A stretch of DNA of 64,000 nt, from assembly GCF_902713615.1 (NCBI RefSeq), contig NW_024055458.1, positions 186,001 to 250,000 of the forward strand. The letters run 5' to 3'. Made by a program: the position numbers and the translations under genes. The notes beneath the pieces were generated by a model. It ran no database searches and was not told where the DNA came from. It worked only from the letters and a program-made list of their open reading frames with translations. Each line of letters opens with the position of its first letter. Within the stretch, counting starts at the first letter, position 1. Origin of the DNA: Scyliorhinus canicula. Taxonomy: Eukaryota. Shown here in pieces: positions 49,713 to 61,631 of this stretch.

Positions 49713-49905
49713 AATGGCGGCACGCTGGCATAGTGGTTAGCACTGCTGCCTCACGCCACCATGGACCTGGGGTTGATCCCGCTCCTGGGTCTGTGTCCCT
49801 GTGGAGTTTCCCCGTGACCCGTGGGTCTCACGCCGACAACCCAAAGATGTGCAGGGTAGGTGGATTGGCCATGTTAAATTGCCCCTTAATTGGAAGAAAT
49901 AGGTG
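49713..49905 (+). mobile_element. V-SINE, A-tailed subfamily, diverged
   Basis: GGCATAGTGGTTAGCAC...GCCCCTTAATTGGAAG. Confidence 0.75.
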
Positions 49906-50067
49906 ACAGAGATCGATTTCTGAGTGTCATGAACTCAACAGTAGATATGCAATAATAAATATATAAAAGAATGAATTAGCAGCGGGAGAAATTTAAACAA
50001 GAATATTAAAAATATATCCTAGATTTATAAACAATCTGATTATATTTATCCGGCTCTATCCTCGTAG

Positions 50068-50195
50068 ACACCACAGACCACACCTGGACTGAAGACAATG
50101 AGGATGATAACGGGAACATCTGGACAACCGCTTCCACATTCATCACCCTGTTCTTCCTGAGCATTTCCTACAGCGCTGCAGTCACTCTGGTGAAG
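50068..50195 (+). CDS. IGHM: IgM transmembrane exon TM1 (DTTDHTWTEDNEDDNGNIWTTASTFITLFFLSISYSAAVTLVK)
   Basis: Acidic spacer plus CART-like TM motif (W..ASTF..LF.LS..YS..VTL.K); acceptor CGTAG ends 50067; donor GTGAG 50196; phase matches the Cmu4 internal donor. Confidence 0.95.
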
Positions 50196-50333
50196 GTGAG
50201 AAGATTCAATCCACTCACACTTCAAACCGACAGAAGCCTTTTAGAAATTATAAATGTTTGATTGATTAAAAACTCTAACATCAATGTCCCAGATCATAAA
50301 CATCTGCTTCATCATTTTCTCTCTCTTTTACAG

Positions 50334-50342
50334 ATCAAGTGA
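50334..50342 (+). CDS. IGHM: IgM TM2 exon (IK*)
   Basis: Pyrimidine tract + CAG ending 50333, then ATC AAG TGA; 138-bp intron from TM1. Confidence 0.85.
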   Translation: MK

Positions 50343-50737
50343 CGGGTTGACGTTCGGACGCTGTAGATTTCCCTCAGCTGTTTATTATGACCTGTGTGTG
50401 ACAGAAATACAATATCTCCTCTTGGTGACTCTAACAGTAAAATTCTCTCAGTTTATATTCTGCATCTGTAACTGAGACAATCATGGACAGTATTTCTGCT
50501 TTTCAGTTTAAAATGGCCGAGATAATTTTGGCTGTATTGTAATTGTAGCTAATAATTTCTCTCAATGTCTTGTCTAAATAAGTAACGTATCTCGTACCTT
50601 ATTTACAACAGTTGCCTTCCCTTTATGTTGAGCTCCTGTTCTCTCTTGTGTCTGTTACAGTTGTACATACATTTGGCAGCTCAGAGGGCATGTGTTCTGT
50701 TCTCACTGTGACCCTCAATCGTTTTTGTTAACTTCAA

Positions 50738-50800
50738 AATAAACTTTTGTGCAATATCGTCTCTGAAATTTTAATAAATAGTGAATAAAAAATTAATAAA
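50738..50800 (+). terminator. Membrane-form polyadenylation signals
   Basis: AATAAA at 50738, 50773, 50784 and 50795. Confidence 0.7.
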
Positions 50801-51199
50801 ATACTTTGCTGAACTTCTTTCTCTCAAGTCCATCGGAAGCGCTCCTTTTCCCCGATTATACAGTTCTCTTCCCTTTCCCAGACAGATATTTCTCACCAGG
50901 CCTGTCTGTAATGTCTGAACTCACGGCCCCTCAGTGAAAGACCCACTGCGCCACCAAGCGGCCCATCCGGGTTAAGACATTTCACCTCTGCCGTTTTATG
51001 GTAAACTCCAGAGACAGGATTTGAAATGAAATATGAAAATCGCTTGTTGTCAGGAGTAGGCTTCAATGAAGTTACTGTGAAAAGCCCCTGGTCGCCACAT
51101 TCCGGCGCCTGTTCGGGGAGGCTGTTACGGGAATCGAGTCATGCTGCTGGCCTGGCTTTCTGCGATCAAAGCCAGCGATTTAGCCCAGTGTGCTAAACA

Positions 51200-52200
51200 G
51201 CATGATTGCGCAGCTGAAGAATTCCACAGATTCACTCCCCTCTGAGAGAAGAAATGTCTCCTCATCTCTATCTTAAATGGGAGATCCCTTACTCTGACAT
51301 TCTGCCCTCTGGTCCTAGACTCTCCCACAAGGGGCAGCAGGGTAGCATGGTGGTTAGCATAAATGCTTCGCAGCTCCAGGGTCCCAGGTTCGATTCCCGG
51401 CTGGGTCACTGTCTGTGTGGAGTCTGCACGTCCTCCCCCTGTGTGCGTGGGTTTCCTCCGGGTGCTCCGGTTTCCTCCCACAGTCCAAACATGTGCGGGT
51501 TAGGTGGATTGGCCATGCTAAAATTGCCCGTAGTGTCCTACAAAAAGTAAGGTTAAGGGGGGGTTGTTGGGCTACGGGTATAGGGTGGATACTTGGGTTT
51601 GAGTAGGGTGATCATGGCTCGGCACAACATTGAGGGCCGAAGGGCCTGTTCTGTTCTGTGCTGTACTGTTCTATGTTCTATGAAACATCCTCTCAGCATC
51701 TTCCCTGTCAAGTCCCCTGAGAATCCTTATGTCTTAATAAGGTTACCTCTCATTCGTCTCAACTCCAATGCGTACAGGCCCAAACAACTCAACCTCTTCT
51801 AATATGAAAATCCCTCCATACCCAGGATCAACCGAGTTAACCTTCTCTGGACAGCTTCAAATGTCCACATATATTCCCTGAGGAAAGGGGACCAAGATTA
51901 TTCACAGTATTCCAGGTGTGGTCTAACTAGTGGCTGTAAAATTTCAGCAGGACTTCCCTATTTTTCTACTCCATTCCCTTTGACATAAAGACCAATCTTC
52001 CCAATTACCTGCTGAAACTGCATGTTAGTTTTTTTGTGATTTATGCACCAGGACCTCTGTGCTGCAACTTTCTGCAGGCTTTCGACATTTAAATGATATT
52101 CAGCTCCTACAGTATATTCCATCTGTCAAGTTTTTACCCAATCATCTAATCTGTCTATATCCATCTGCAGACTTCACATCTGTTTTTGTGTCATCCACAA
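51200..52200 (-). mobile_element. Degraded CR1 3' fragment with nested HE1-like V-SINE (51331-51682, +)
   Basis: CR1 motifs on both sides of a near-consensus SINE ending in (CTATGTT)n. Confidence 0.82.
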
Positions 52201-52214
52201 AGTTTGCAACAGGG

Positions 52215-55200
52215 CATTCACTTTCAACACCATAATCCCAGCCAAACTCATATCAAAGCTCCAAAACCTAGGACTTGGCTCTCCACTCAGCAACTGGATC
52301 CTCGATTTTCTGCCCAACAGACCACAATCAGTAAGAATTAACACCAACACCTCCTCCACAATAGTCCTCAATACCGGTGTACCGCAAGGCTGCGTACTTA
52401 GCCCCCTACTCTACTCCCTGTACACACACGACTGCATGGCAAAATTTGGTTTCACTCCCCCTTGCTCTTTGCATTGGCAATTGAGCCCCTAGCCATGGCG
52501 TTGAGGGAGTCGAGGAATTGGAGGTTGTCTGGTGCGGGGTGGGGAGGAGCATCGAGTGTCATTATACGCAGATGACTGGTTGCTATATGTGGCGGACCCA
52601 GTGGGGGGAATGCCGGAGGTGATGATGATCCTTAGGGAATTTGCGGGCTTTTCTGTGTACAAGCTCAACCTGGGTAAGAGTGAGATGTTCATCGTGCACC
52701 CGGGGGATCAGGAGAAGGGGATTGGTAGGCTACCACTGAAAAGGGCAGGGAGGAGCTTTCGGTACCTGGGAGTCCAGATGGCTAGGAGCTGGGGGGTTCT
52801 TCACAAACTTAACCTGACTAGGCTGGTGGAGCAAATGGAGGAGGAGTTCAAAAGATGGGACATGTTGCCGCTGTCGCTGGCGGGCAGGGTGCAGTCCGTC
52901 AAGATGACGGTGCTCCCGAGGTTTTTGTTCTTGTTCCAGTGCCTCCCCATCCTTATCCCAAAGGCCTTTTTTAGGAGGTCAATAGGAGTATTACGGGATT
53001 TGTATGGGCGCATGGGACTCCGAGGGTGAGAAGGGTGCTTTTGGAGCGGGGCAGGGATGGGGGGGGGAGGGGGCTGGCGTTGCCCAACCTATGTGGGTAC
53101 TATTGGTCTGCCATGGTGCGTAAGTGGGTAATGGACGGGGCAGTGGCAGCATGGAAGAGGATGGAGATGGCGTCCTGTGTGGACACAAGCCTGGAGGCGC
53201 TGGTAACGGCGGCGTTGCCGCTCCCTCCAACGAGATATACCACGAGCCCGGTGGTGGTGGCTACCCTCAAAATTTGGGGGCAATGGAGACGGCATAGGGG
53301 GGAAGTGGGGGGCTCAATGAAGTCCCCGATGTGGGGGAACCACCGGTTTGTTCCAGGGAGCATCGATGGTGGGTTTCTTGGCTGGCATAGGGTAGGTCTC
53401 AGGAGGTTGAGGGACCTGTTTGTGGATGGGAGGTTTGTGAGCCTGGATGAGTTAGAAGGGACGTTTGGGCTCCCCCCGGGGAACATGTGTAGGTACATGC
53501 AGGTTAGGGCGTTTGCCAGGCGGCAGGTGGAGGGGTTCCCTCTGCTGCCCCCACATGGGGTACAGGACAGGGTGCTCTCGGGGGTGTGGGTTGGAGGGAG
53601 GAGGATTTCGGACGTGTACCACGTCATGCAGGAGGTGGATGAGGCTTCGGTGGGGGAGCTGAAGGGTAAATGGGAAGAGGAGCTGGGTGAGGAGATTGAG
53701 GAGGGGACGTGGGCGGATGCCCTGGAGAGAGTGAATTCCTCCTCTTCCTGTGTGAGGCTTAGCCTCATACAGTTCAATGTGCTGCACAGGGCCCACATGA
53801 CCGGGACGAGGATGAGTAGGTTTTTCAGGGGCGAAGACAGGTGTGCTAGGTGCTCGGGGAGCCCAGCGAACCATGCCCATATGTTCTGGACATGTCCAGC
53901 GCTGGGGGAATTTTGGAAGGGGGTAGCAAAGACGGTGTCGAGGGTGGTAGGATCCAGGGTCAAGCCAGGCTGGGGACTCGCAATGTTTGGGGTTGCAGTG
54001 GAGCTGGGAGTGCAGGAGGCGAAAGAGACCGGTGTGCTGGCCTTTGCATCCCTAGTAGCCCGGCAGAGGATTTTGCTTCAATGGAAGGATGCGAAGCCCC
54101 CAAGCGTGGAGGCCAGGGTCAATGACATGGCCGGGTTCATCAAATTGGAGAAGGTGAAATTTGCCCTGAGGGGATCAGTACAGGGGTTCTTTAGGCGGTG
54201 GCAGCCTTTCCTGGACTTCCTGGCGGAACGGTAGGGAAATAGGCCGGCAGCAGCAGCAGCCCGAGGGGAGGGGAGGGGGGAGGGGGGGAGAGTGGGGGGG
54301 GGGGGGGGTTTTGTTGCGGGGGAAGGGAGAAATGTGTATATGTGTTTATTGAATATGCCGGGAGCTTATCTATTTCTTCTATATGTAGTTACTTGGGGGG
54401 GGGGGGTTGGTCTTGGGGGTTATTGTGTTATTTATTTTTGCTGTTGTTAATACGGTTTTCTTGCTGTTATTTTATGTTTTTGATATGTTTTTGAAAATCT
54501 TAATAAAAATTATTTTTTTTAAAACTTGGTTCCAACTCCATCTGCAAGTTTGCTGACGATACGACCATAGTGGGCCGGATCTCGAATAACGACGAGTCAG
54601 AATACAGGAGGGAGATAGAGAACCTAGTGGAGTGGTGTAACAACAACAATCTCTCCCTCAACGCCAGCGAAACTAAAGAGCCAGTCATTGACTTCAGAAA
54701 GCAAAGTATTTAACACTCCTGTCAGCATCAACAGAGCCGAGGTGGAGATGGCAGTTTCAAATTCCTAGGGGTGCACATCACCAAAAATCTTTCCTGGTCC
54801 ACTCACGTCGACGCTATCACCAAGAAAGCGCCTATTCTTCCTCAGGAAATTAAGGAAATTCAGCATGTCCACATTAACCCTTGCCAACTTTTACAGATGC
54901 ACTATAGAAAGCATCCTATCGGGCTGCATCACAGTCTGGTATATCAACTGCTCGGCCCAGGACCGCAAGGAACTTCAGAGAGTCGTGAATACTGCCCAGT
55001 CCATCACACAAACCTGCCACCCATCCATGGACTCCATCTACACCTCCCGCTGCCAGGGGAAAGCGGGCAGCATAATCAAGGATCCCTCCCACCCGGCTTA
55101 CTCACTTTTCCAACTTCTTCCATTGGGCAGGAGATACAGAAATCTGAGAACATGCATTAACAGACTCAAAAACAGCTTCTTCCCCACTGTCACCAGGCTC

Positions 55201-55442
55201 CTAAATGGCTCTCTTATTGACTGGCCTCATTAACACTACATCTTGTATGCTTCATCCGATGTCAATGGTTATGTAGTTACATTGTATATCTTGTGTTGCC
55301 CTATTATGTATTTTCTTGGATTTTCTTGAATTTTGTTTAATTCCCTTTTCTTCCCATGTACTGGATGATCTGTTGAGCTGCTTGCAGAAAAATACTTTTC
55401 ACTGTACCTCGGTACACGTGACAATAAACAAATCCAATCCAA
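52215..55442 (+). mobile_element. Rex1/Babar-like retroelement 3' part, split by an L1-like insertion
   Basis: [36 protein letters not shown] / GSNSICKFADDT, FYRCTIESILSGCITVWY; tail GTGACAATAAACAAATCCAATCCAATC. Confidence 0.8.
52452..54520 (+). mobile_element. 5'-truncated L1/Tx1-like LINE (RT C-terminus, zf-RVT, G-rich 3'UTR, A/T-rich tail)
   Basis: SLYADD motif, C.RC....N.AHMFW.C motif; frameshift/stop near 53030; TSD AAAATTTGGTT/AAAACTTGGTT (52441-52451/54521-54531). Confidence 0.88.
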
Positions 55443-55571
55443 TCACTTCCCTCGTCCAAGTCATTAATATATATGGTGAATAACTGTGGCCCCAGTACGG
55501 ATCACTGTGGCACTCCACTAGTTCTAAGCTACCATTCTGAATATACCCCCTATTCCCAATTTTCTGTCTTT

Positions 55572-56080
55572 TATAATAATAACAATAATCTTTATTATTG
55601 TCACAAGTAGGCTTACAATAAAACTGCAATTAAGTTACTGTGAAAACTCTGGTAAGTCGCCACATTCTGACGCCTGTATGGGTACACAGAGGGAGAATTC
55701 AGAACGTCCAATTCATCGAACAAGCACGTCTTTCAGGACTTGTGGGAGGAAATGAGCACCCAGAGGAAACCCACACAGACATGGTAAAAACATGCAGACA
55801 GTGACCCAAGCCAGGTATCGAACCTGGGACCCTGGCGCTGTGAAGCAACAGTGCTACCATGCCGCCGAATAGTTAGCCAATCTTCTGTCCATGCTAATAA
55901 TAATAATAATCCTTATTGTCACAAGTTGGCTTCCAATAAATGTTACTGTGAAAAGCCCTAATCGCCACATTCCGGAGCCTGCTCGGGTACACGAAGGGAA
56001 AATTGGGAATGTCCAAATTACCCAACAGTACGTTTTTCGGGACTTGTGGGAGAAAACCAGAACACCCAGAGGAAACCCAC
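55572..56080 (-). mobile_element. Two V-SINE copies of the (TTA)n-tailed subfamily (55572-55868; 55895-56080, truncated)
   Basis: ATAATAAT..CTTTATTGTCACAAGT tail and V-domain. Confidence 0.8.
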
Positions 56081-56677
56081 CTGAGAATCAATCTCCTGGC
56101 TATTCATCTACAAGAAGCTTCAGAGACTCATGAGAATTATTTGTGTCTAAAAACGCTTCCCTCCAGCTAAAGTATCAGCTAAACAAGAAGCCAACAGGCC
56201 TGCAGCGATATAAAGATTGCAGTCTACATTCCATTTTCATCACTATAGCTTCAACTTGACCTGCAGCTAATTTCTGTGCGTGTGTCAGTGAGTGAAAGAG
56301 CCGAGAGACTGAGATGCTCAAACATCCAGGGAAAGGGTGCGATAATAAATAACCTTCTATCCTTTAAACATCACCAGTAACTTGCTGCTGAAATGTATTT
56401 TAAATAAAGAAATATCACACTGAGGGTCAGAAAATATCACACAAACATCCTGATAATGGAGTGGAAAGGACCACGCAATGTAATCAACCTTTGGAAAACC
56501 CCCTTCAGGTAGCTGTATAGAGGCTGCAGCCTCTCACATTGAATGTATACGTGATACATAGACACCTCCAGGCTACAAACATCAGCTTCAGGCTGGGAGT
56601 GGGTGAAACCTTTTGAAAACCTGGTCCTCGTTTATTTCCGTCGGGCACTAGGACCCGGCTGGCAACAGAAACCTTCA

Positions 56678-56746
56678 GGCCCCGCCCACGAGCTGTTGCA
56701 TCACCAAGACGCCAGCGCATGCGCTCTGCTTCCCCAAGATGGTGGC
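56678..56746 (+). promoter_or_regulatory. Candidate promoter motif cluster (GC box, NRF1-like, YY1-like)
   Basis: GGCCCCGCCC 56678-56687, GCGCATGCGC 56715-56724, CAAGATGGTGGC 56735-56746, in a CpG-containing patch ~4 kb upstream of the ZNF ORF. Confidence 0.5.
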
Positions 56747-57126
56747 TGTGAATCAGGGCCTGATCCCGGGAGAGAGAGCTGACTGGCGATGATGTGACCT
56801 GAGGAATCACCACACCTCAGGCAAGGGGCCAGGTTGGGAAGGTGGTGCCTTCAGGAATAACTGGGAAGGTGATGTTTGGTCAGTTGCTGCAGTCTGTGTA
56901 GTGAAGGTGCTGTCACAGTGGTGTGAGGTAAGGAAGTACAGGATTATCACCCAGCAATGATGAATTAAGGGGAATGTAAATCCAGCTCAGGCTGCTTTCA
57001 GATTGGAAAGGGAGCTGAGGTGTGTCCTTAGAGCTGGTGAATGTTGAGGCTTTGGCAGTTTCTCTGTAAAGTCCTTCTCATTCATTCCCTCTCTTTACAG
57101 CACGGATAGAGGCCCTTTGGCCCATT

Positions 57127-57435
57127 CATAATAATCTTTAATATTAGTGTCACAAGGAGGCTTACATTAACACTGCAATGAAGTTACTGTGAATATCCCC
57201 TAGTCGCCACATTCCGGCGCCTGTTCGAGTGTACAGAGGGAGAATTCAGAATGTCCAATTCATCTAACAAGCTCATCTTTGGGACTTGTGGGAGGAAACC
57301 GGAGCACCCAGAGGAAACCCACCTAGACACGGAGACTGTGCAGACTCCGCACAGACAGTGATCCAATCCTGGAATCGAACCCAGGTGCCCAGTGCTGTGA
57401 TGCAGCAGGGCTATCCACTGTGCTACCGTGCCGCC
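57127..57435 (-). mobile_element. V-SINE, (TTA)n-tailed subfamily
   Basis: Full head-to-tail copy with B box and V-domain. Confidence 0.85.
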
Positions 57436-57702
57436 CATAAGATTATTAGATTACCAGGTCTGGATGAATTGTGACCCAGGATGCTGTGGGACGTGAGGGA
57501 GAGATTGCAGAAGCTCTGACCCGAAGTTTTAACCACCAATTAGGCCTGTTTTCGCCGAATATTTAGACAATTAAGGTGTGATCTGATTGAAGTATTTAAG
57601 ATATTAAAAGGAAAAGACAGGGTAGATAAAGATAAAATATTTCCACTGGTTGGAGATGATAAAACTAGGCATTATTGTCTGAAAATTTGTACCAGACCAT
57701 CC

Positions 57703-57929
57703 AGTACAGTTTTGTGGAAGTAGTTGAGTCGGAAACGTTAGGGACCTTCAAACGGCTATTGGATAGGTACGTGGATTAGGGTAGAATAATGGAGCGTAGG
57801 TTAACTTCTTAAGGGCAGCACGGTAGCATTGTGGATAGCATAATTGCTTCACAGCTCCAGGGTCCCAAGTTCGATTTTGACTTGGGTCACTGTCTGTGTG
57901 GAGTCTGCACATCCTCCCTGTGACTGCGT

Positions 57930-57960
<31 letters not shown>

Positions 57961-58086
57961 ACAGTCCAAAGATGTGCAGGTTGGGTGGATTGGCCATGAA
58001 AAATTGTCCAAATTCTATGATTAACCTAGGACAAAAGTTCGGTGCAATATCGTGCGCCGAAGGGCCTGTTCTGTGCTGTATTTCTC
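57703..58086 (+). mobile_element. Composite CR1-3'-fragment + V-SINE element, inserted in an older CR1
   Basis: Shares ~70 bp of pre-SINE sequence and the tail with 62405-62780. Confidence 0.75.
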
Positions 58087-58329
58087 TATCTATCTCTATC
58101 TCTACAGATATTAGGAAGAACTTCTTCACACACAGAGTGGGAGAGGTTTGGAACTCTCCCCCACAAACAGCAGGTGAAGCTGGATCAGTTGTTAATTTTA
58201 AATCTGAGATAGAGTTTTCTTTAGCAAAGATATTCAGGGATAGGTCACAGATCAGAAATGATCTCACTAAATGGCAGGACAGACTCGAGGGGCTGAATGG
58301 CCTACTCCTGTCCCTATGTGTATTTCTGT

Positions 58330-59640
58330 GATTCTGAAATTCAGACAACACCATGACACGGAAAGAGTCCTGATTAGAACCTGAGTTAGTCCGAGCTGCA
58401 AACCATCCCTCCAGATCCTTGCCCTTCATGGATTTAATGAAGGTCAAGGCAATAGTTGGATTATTGAAAGACTTGATGGATTTGTTGGAGACCATTTTTC
58501 GGGTCTCAGGATAAAGCCTGACGTAATTCACTCCCCACAGGCTTGAGCTGCCTTTGAACTTCATCGAAGCCTCAACGCTTTGTTTATGTTGCTGCCAAAA
58601 AGTCCTGGAAGAAGTAAATCTTCCCTCTTTCCTGGAGCCAGGTGCCACCTCGCCGCTCCCTCTCCAGGACATTCTCTCAAGTTGTGGAAGTGAATGATAA
58701 CAGGCCTGGGATGAAAACTATCCCTCAGCCTCAGAGACAGGATATGATGAACCCTTTCTAATTTGAAACACCCAGGCTTCACATCCAGCCTGAGAAAACA
58801 TGGCAGTCAGTCCTTGAAGAACCGAACGGGAGACTTACTCTGCACACTAAATGGACAAAAAATAACATCATTTATGGGCAGCATCATAGCACAGTGGTTA
58901 GCACAGTCACTTCACAGCTCCAGTGTCCCAGGATCGATTCCCGGCTTGGGTCACTGTCTGTGCGGAGTCTGCACGTTCTCCCTGTGTTTGTGTGGGTTTA
59001 CTTCAGGTGCTCCGGTTTCCTCCCACAGTCCAAAGATGTGCAGGTTAGGTGGATTGGCCATGATAAATATCCCTTAATGCCCAAATAAAAGGTTACGTGG
59101 GGTTACGGGGATGGGATGGAGGTATGGGCTTGAGTGGGGTGCTGTTTCCAAGGCGCAGACTTGGTGGCCGAGTGGCCTCCTTCTGCACTGTAAATTCTAT
59201 GATGACCATCGGACAGGCCGATGACTCGGATGCTCTTGTCCGACCCTCGGTCCTCCAGGACCTCCGCCAGCCACTTGGCTGCTTTTCAAAGGATTGAATT
59301 CTTGCCGCCATTGAGGAGGCATCTTGCTGAATGGTCAGGATTCTCTTCTCCGGATCATCGAGCCTCTTCATGGCGTTTTACAGCTGGGCCGCATGAGCAC
59401 ACTCTGGTCAATAACACGGATAATGTCGGCAGTCATCATTTTCGCCACCTCCCAGAGCCCCGGAGAGCGCGGGGTCGAGAGACCTCCTGATGGTCAGGCC
59501 GCCATGTTGAAAAGACAACATTCCCACAGAATCTGCCAGCGCTGTTTTATCGACGCATATCTTCACATTTTCCGGCACAATCCTACCAGGCCGAACTCTG
59601 AAGTGTTCCAGGGACACGATAACAAATATGAATTCAAGGA
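58330..59640 (-). mobile_element. L1-like ORF1 relic, interrupted by a V-SINE (58875-59205, +)
   Basis: FKLERVH.IL....PRPVII.FHN, GVNYVRLYP and coiled-coil RIQSFE motifs, with stops. Confidence 0.65.
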
Positions 59641-60707
59641 TTAGGTAGAATAGTGCCAGGCAATCGGGATAAGTGACAGATTATAGGTGAGTGGCACCAG
59701 AACCTGCTGAAAAGCAGCTACTCCCGCACCCGTATCACATGGCTGACCCCCGCCCCCTCCCCCACAGACAGATTTCTGATAGAGGGTGTCGAGTGTTATG
59801 GGGAACTGGCAGGAAAATGGAGAGAAAGCTGAGATGAGGAGGGATTTCTTTACTCGAGGATGTGGTGAAGGTTTGGAATTCTGTACCCCCGAGGATTCTG
59901 GAGCTTCAGTCATCAAGTATTTTCAAGACACAGACTGATAGGTTTCTAGATATTGAAGATGTCGAGGGATATGGGGGATAGTGTGGGAAAACGGAGCTGA
60001 GGTAGATCGGCCAAGGATCTCATTGAATAGTTGAGCAGACTCAGTGGGCCGAATGTGGGCCGAATAGCCTAGTCTTGCTCCTATTATAATCTCTGTGTCC
60101 TGGTCAGGAAGCAGAGAGCTGAGCTTGGATCTGTCAATCCACATCAACCAGCACCTTCAGGAGAATTGGGAGGGTGAATATTAGATACAGCAGAGTGAGA
60201 ATGGAGGGAGATTGTGTGGGATGGAGATTTACAGCCTTTGGAGAACGAGAGAGGAAATTATGTTCCATCGGAACTAGAATTGTCTGTCTGAGTTTCTATC
60301 CTGTACTAACAATGATGACTTTGGTATATTGTTTTCACAGGATATTAGATGAGGAGGAATTACAGACAGAAATCTCAAACGTTACATCATGATCTGACAG
60401 AGTCACGCAATTGCTTGGAACCTGAATATCATCGGACTCTGAATATCATCCGCCTTTGAATCTAGAAGAAGAACTGATTGCCCGAACTGTCAGCTTCTAA
60501 ACATTTCAAACATCAGTGTGACTGGAAAAGCACCGAGACCCACACAACACACACCCGAGTGAGAGTGTTCCAGTGAACTGACTGTGGAAAGAGCTTTAAC
60601 CAGTTACACAGCCTGAAAATAAATCACACCATTCACAGTAGGAAGAGACTGTACCCGTGTTGTATCTGTGATTGCCCAACCTGGAGAGACACGAGGAAAC
60701 CCAAAAC

Positions 60708-61631
60708 ATGGAGAAACCGTGGAAATGTGTGGACTGTGGGAAGGGATTCAGATTCCCATCAAAGCTGGAGACTCATCGACGCAGTCACACTGGGGAGAGG
60801 CCGTTCACATGCTCCCAGTGTGGGAAAGGATTTACTCAATTATCCAACCTGCAGTCACACCAGCGAGTTCACACTGGGGAGAGGCCGTTCACCTGCTCCC
60901 AATGTGGGAAAGGATTCTGTGATTTGTCCCACCTATTGAGACACCAGCGAGTTCACACTGGGGAGAGGCCATTCACCTGCTCCCAGTGTGGGAAAGGATT
61001 TAGTGAAGTATCCGACCTGCAGAAACACCAGCGAGTTCACACTGGGGAGAGGCCATTCACCTGTTGTCAGTGTGGGAAAGGATTTAGTGAAGTATCCGAC
61101 CTGCGGAGACACCAGCGAGTTCACACTGGGGAGAGGCCATTCACCTGCTCTCAGTGTGGGAAAGGATTTACTCAGTTATCCACCCTGCAGAGACACCAGC
61201 GATTTCACACTGGGGAAAGACCATTCACCTGCTCTCAGTGTGGGAAGGGATTTACTGAGGTATCCGACCTGCAGAAACACCAGCGAGTTCACACTGGGGA
61301 GAGACCGTTCACCTGTTTTCAGTGTGGGAAAGGATTTAGTGAAGTATCTGACCTGCGGAGACACCAACGAGTTCACACTGGGGAGAGGCCATTCTCCTGC
61401 TCTCAGTGTGGAAAGGAATTCATTGATTCATCCACCCTGTGGCGACACCAGCGAGTTCACACTGGGGAGAGGCCGTTCACCTGCTCTCAGTGTGGGAAGA
61501 GATTCACTCAGTTATCCCACCTGTGGAGACACCAGCGAGTTCACACCGGGGAGAGGCCATTCACCTGCTCTCAGTGTGGGAGAGGATTTCACTCAGTTAT
61601 CCAACCTGCGGAGACACCAAGTTCACACTGA
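60708..61631 (+). CDS. C2H2 zinc-finger protein: 10 intact tandem fingers plus a frameshifted 11th; no KRAB/SCAN/BTB domain visible
   Basis: Repeated CxxC...HxxxH with TGERPF linkers at 84-bp period; first in-frame ATG at 60708 (MEKPWKC). The ORF track starts at a TTG (60672). Confidence 0.88.
   Translation: MEKPWKCVDCGKGFRFPSKLETHRRSHTGERPFTCSQCGKGFTQLSNLQSHQRVHTGERPFTCSQCGKGFCDLSHLLRHQRVHTGERPFTCSQCGKGFSEVSDLQKHQRVHTGERPFTCCQCGKGFSEVSDLRRHQRVHTGERPFTCSQCGKGFTQLSTLQRHQRFHTGERPFTCSQCGKGFTEVSDLQKHQRVHTGERPFTCFQCGKGFSEVSDLRRHQRVHTGERPFSCSQCGKEFIDSSTLWRHQRVHTGERPFTCSQCGKRFTQLSHLWRHQRVHTGERPFTCSQCGRGFHSVIQPAETPSSH

Noticed and set aside
50704-50728. CACTGTG plus GTTTTTGT in the TM 3'UTR resembling an RSS
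   Set aside because: The nonamer-like sequence is on the wrong side of the heptamer.
53089-53963. 287-aa minus-strand ORF
   Set aside because: Antisense shadow of the GC-rich L1-like ORF2.
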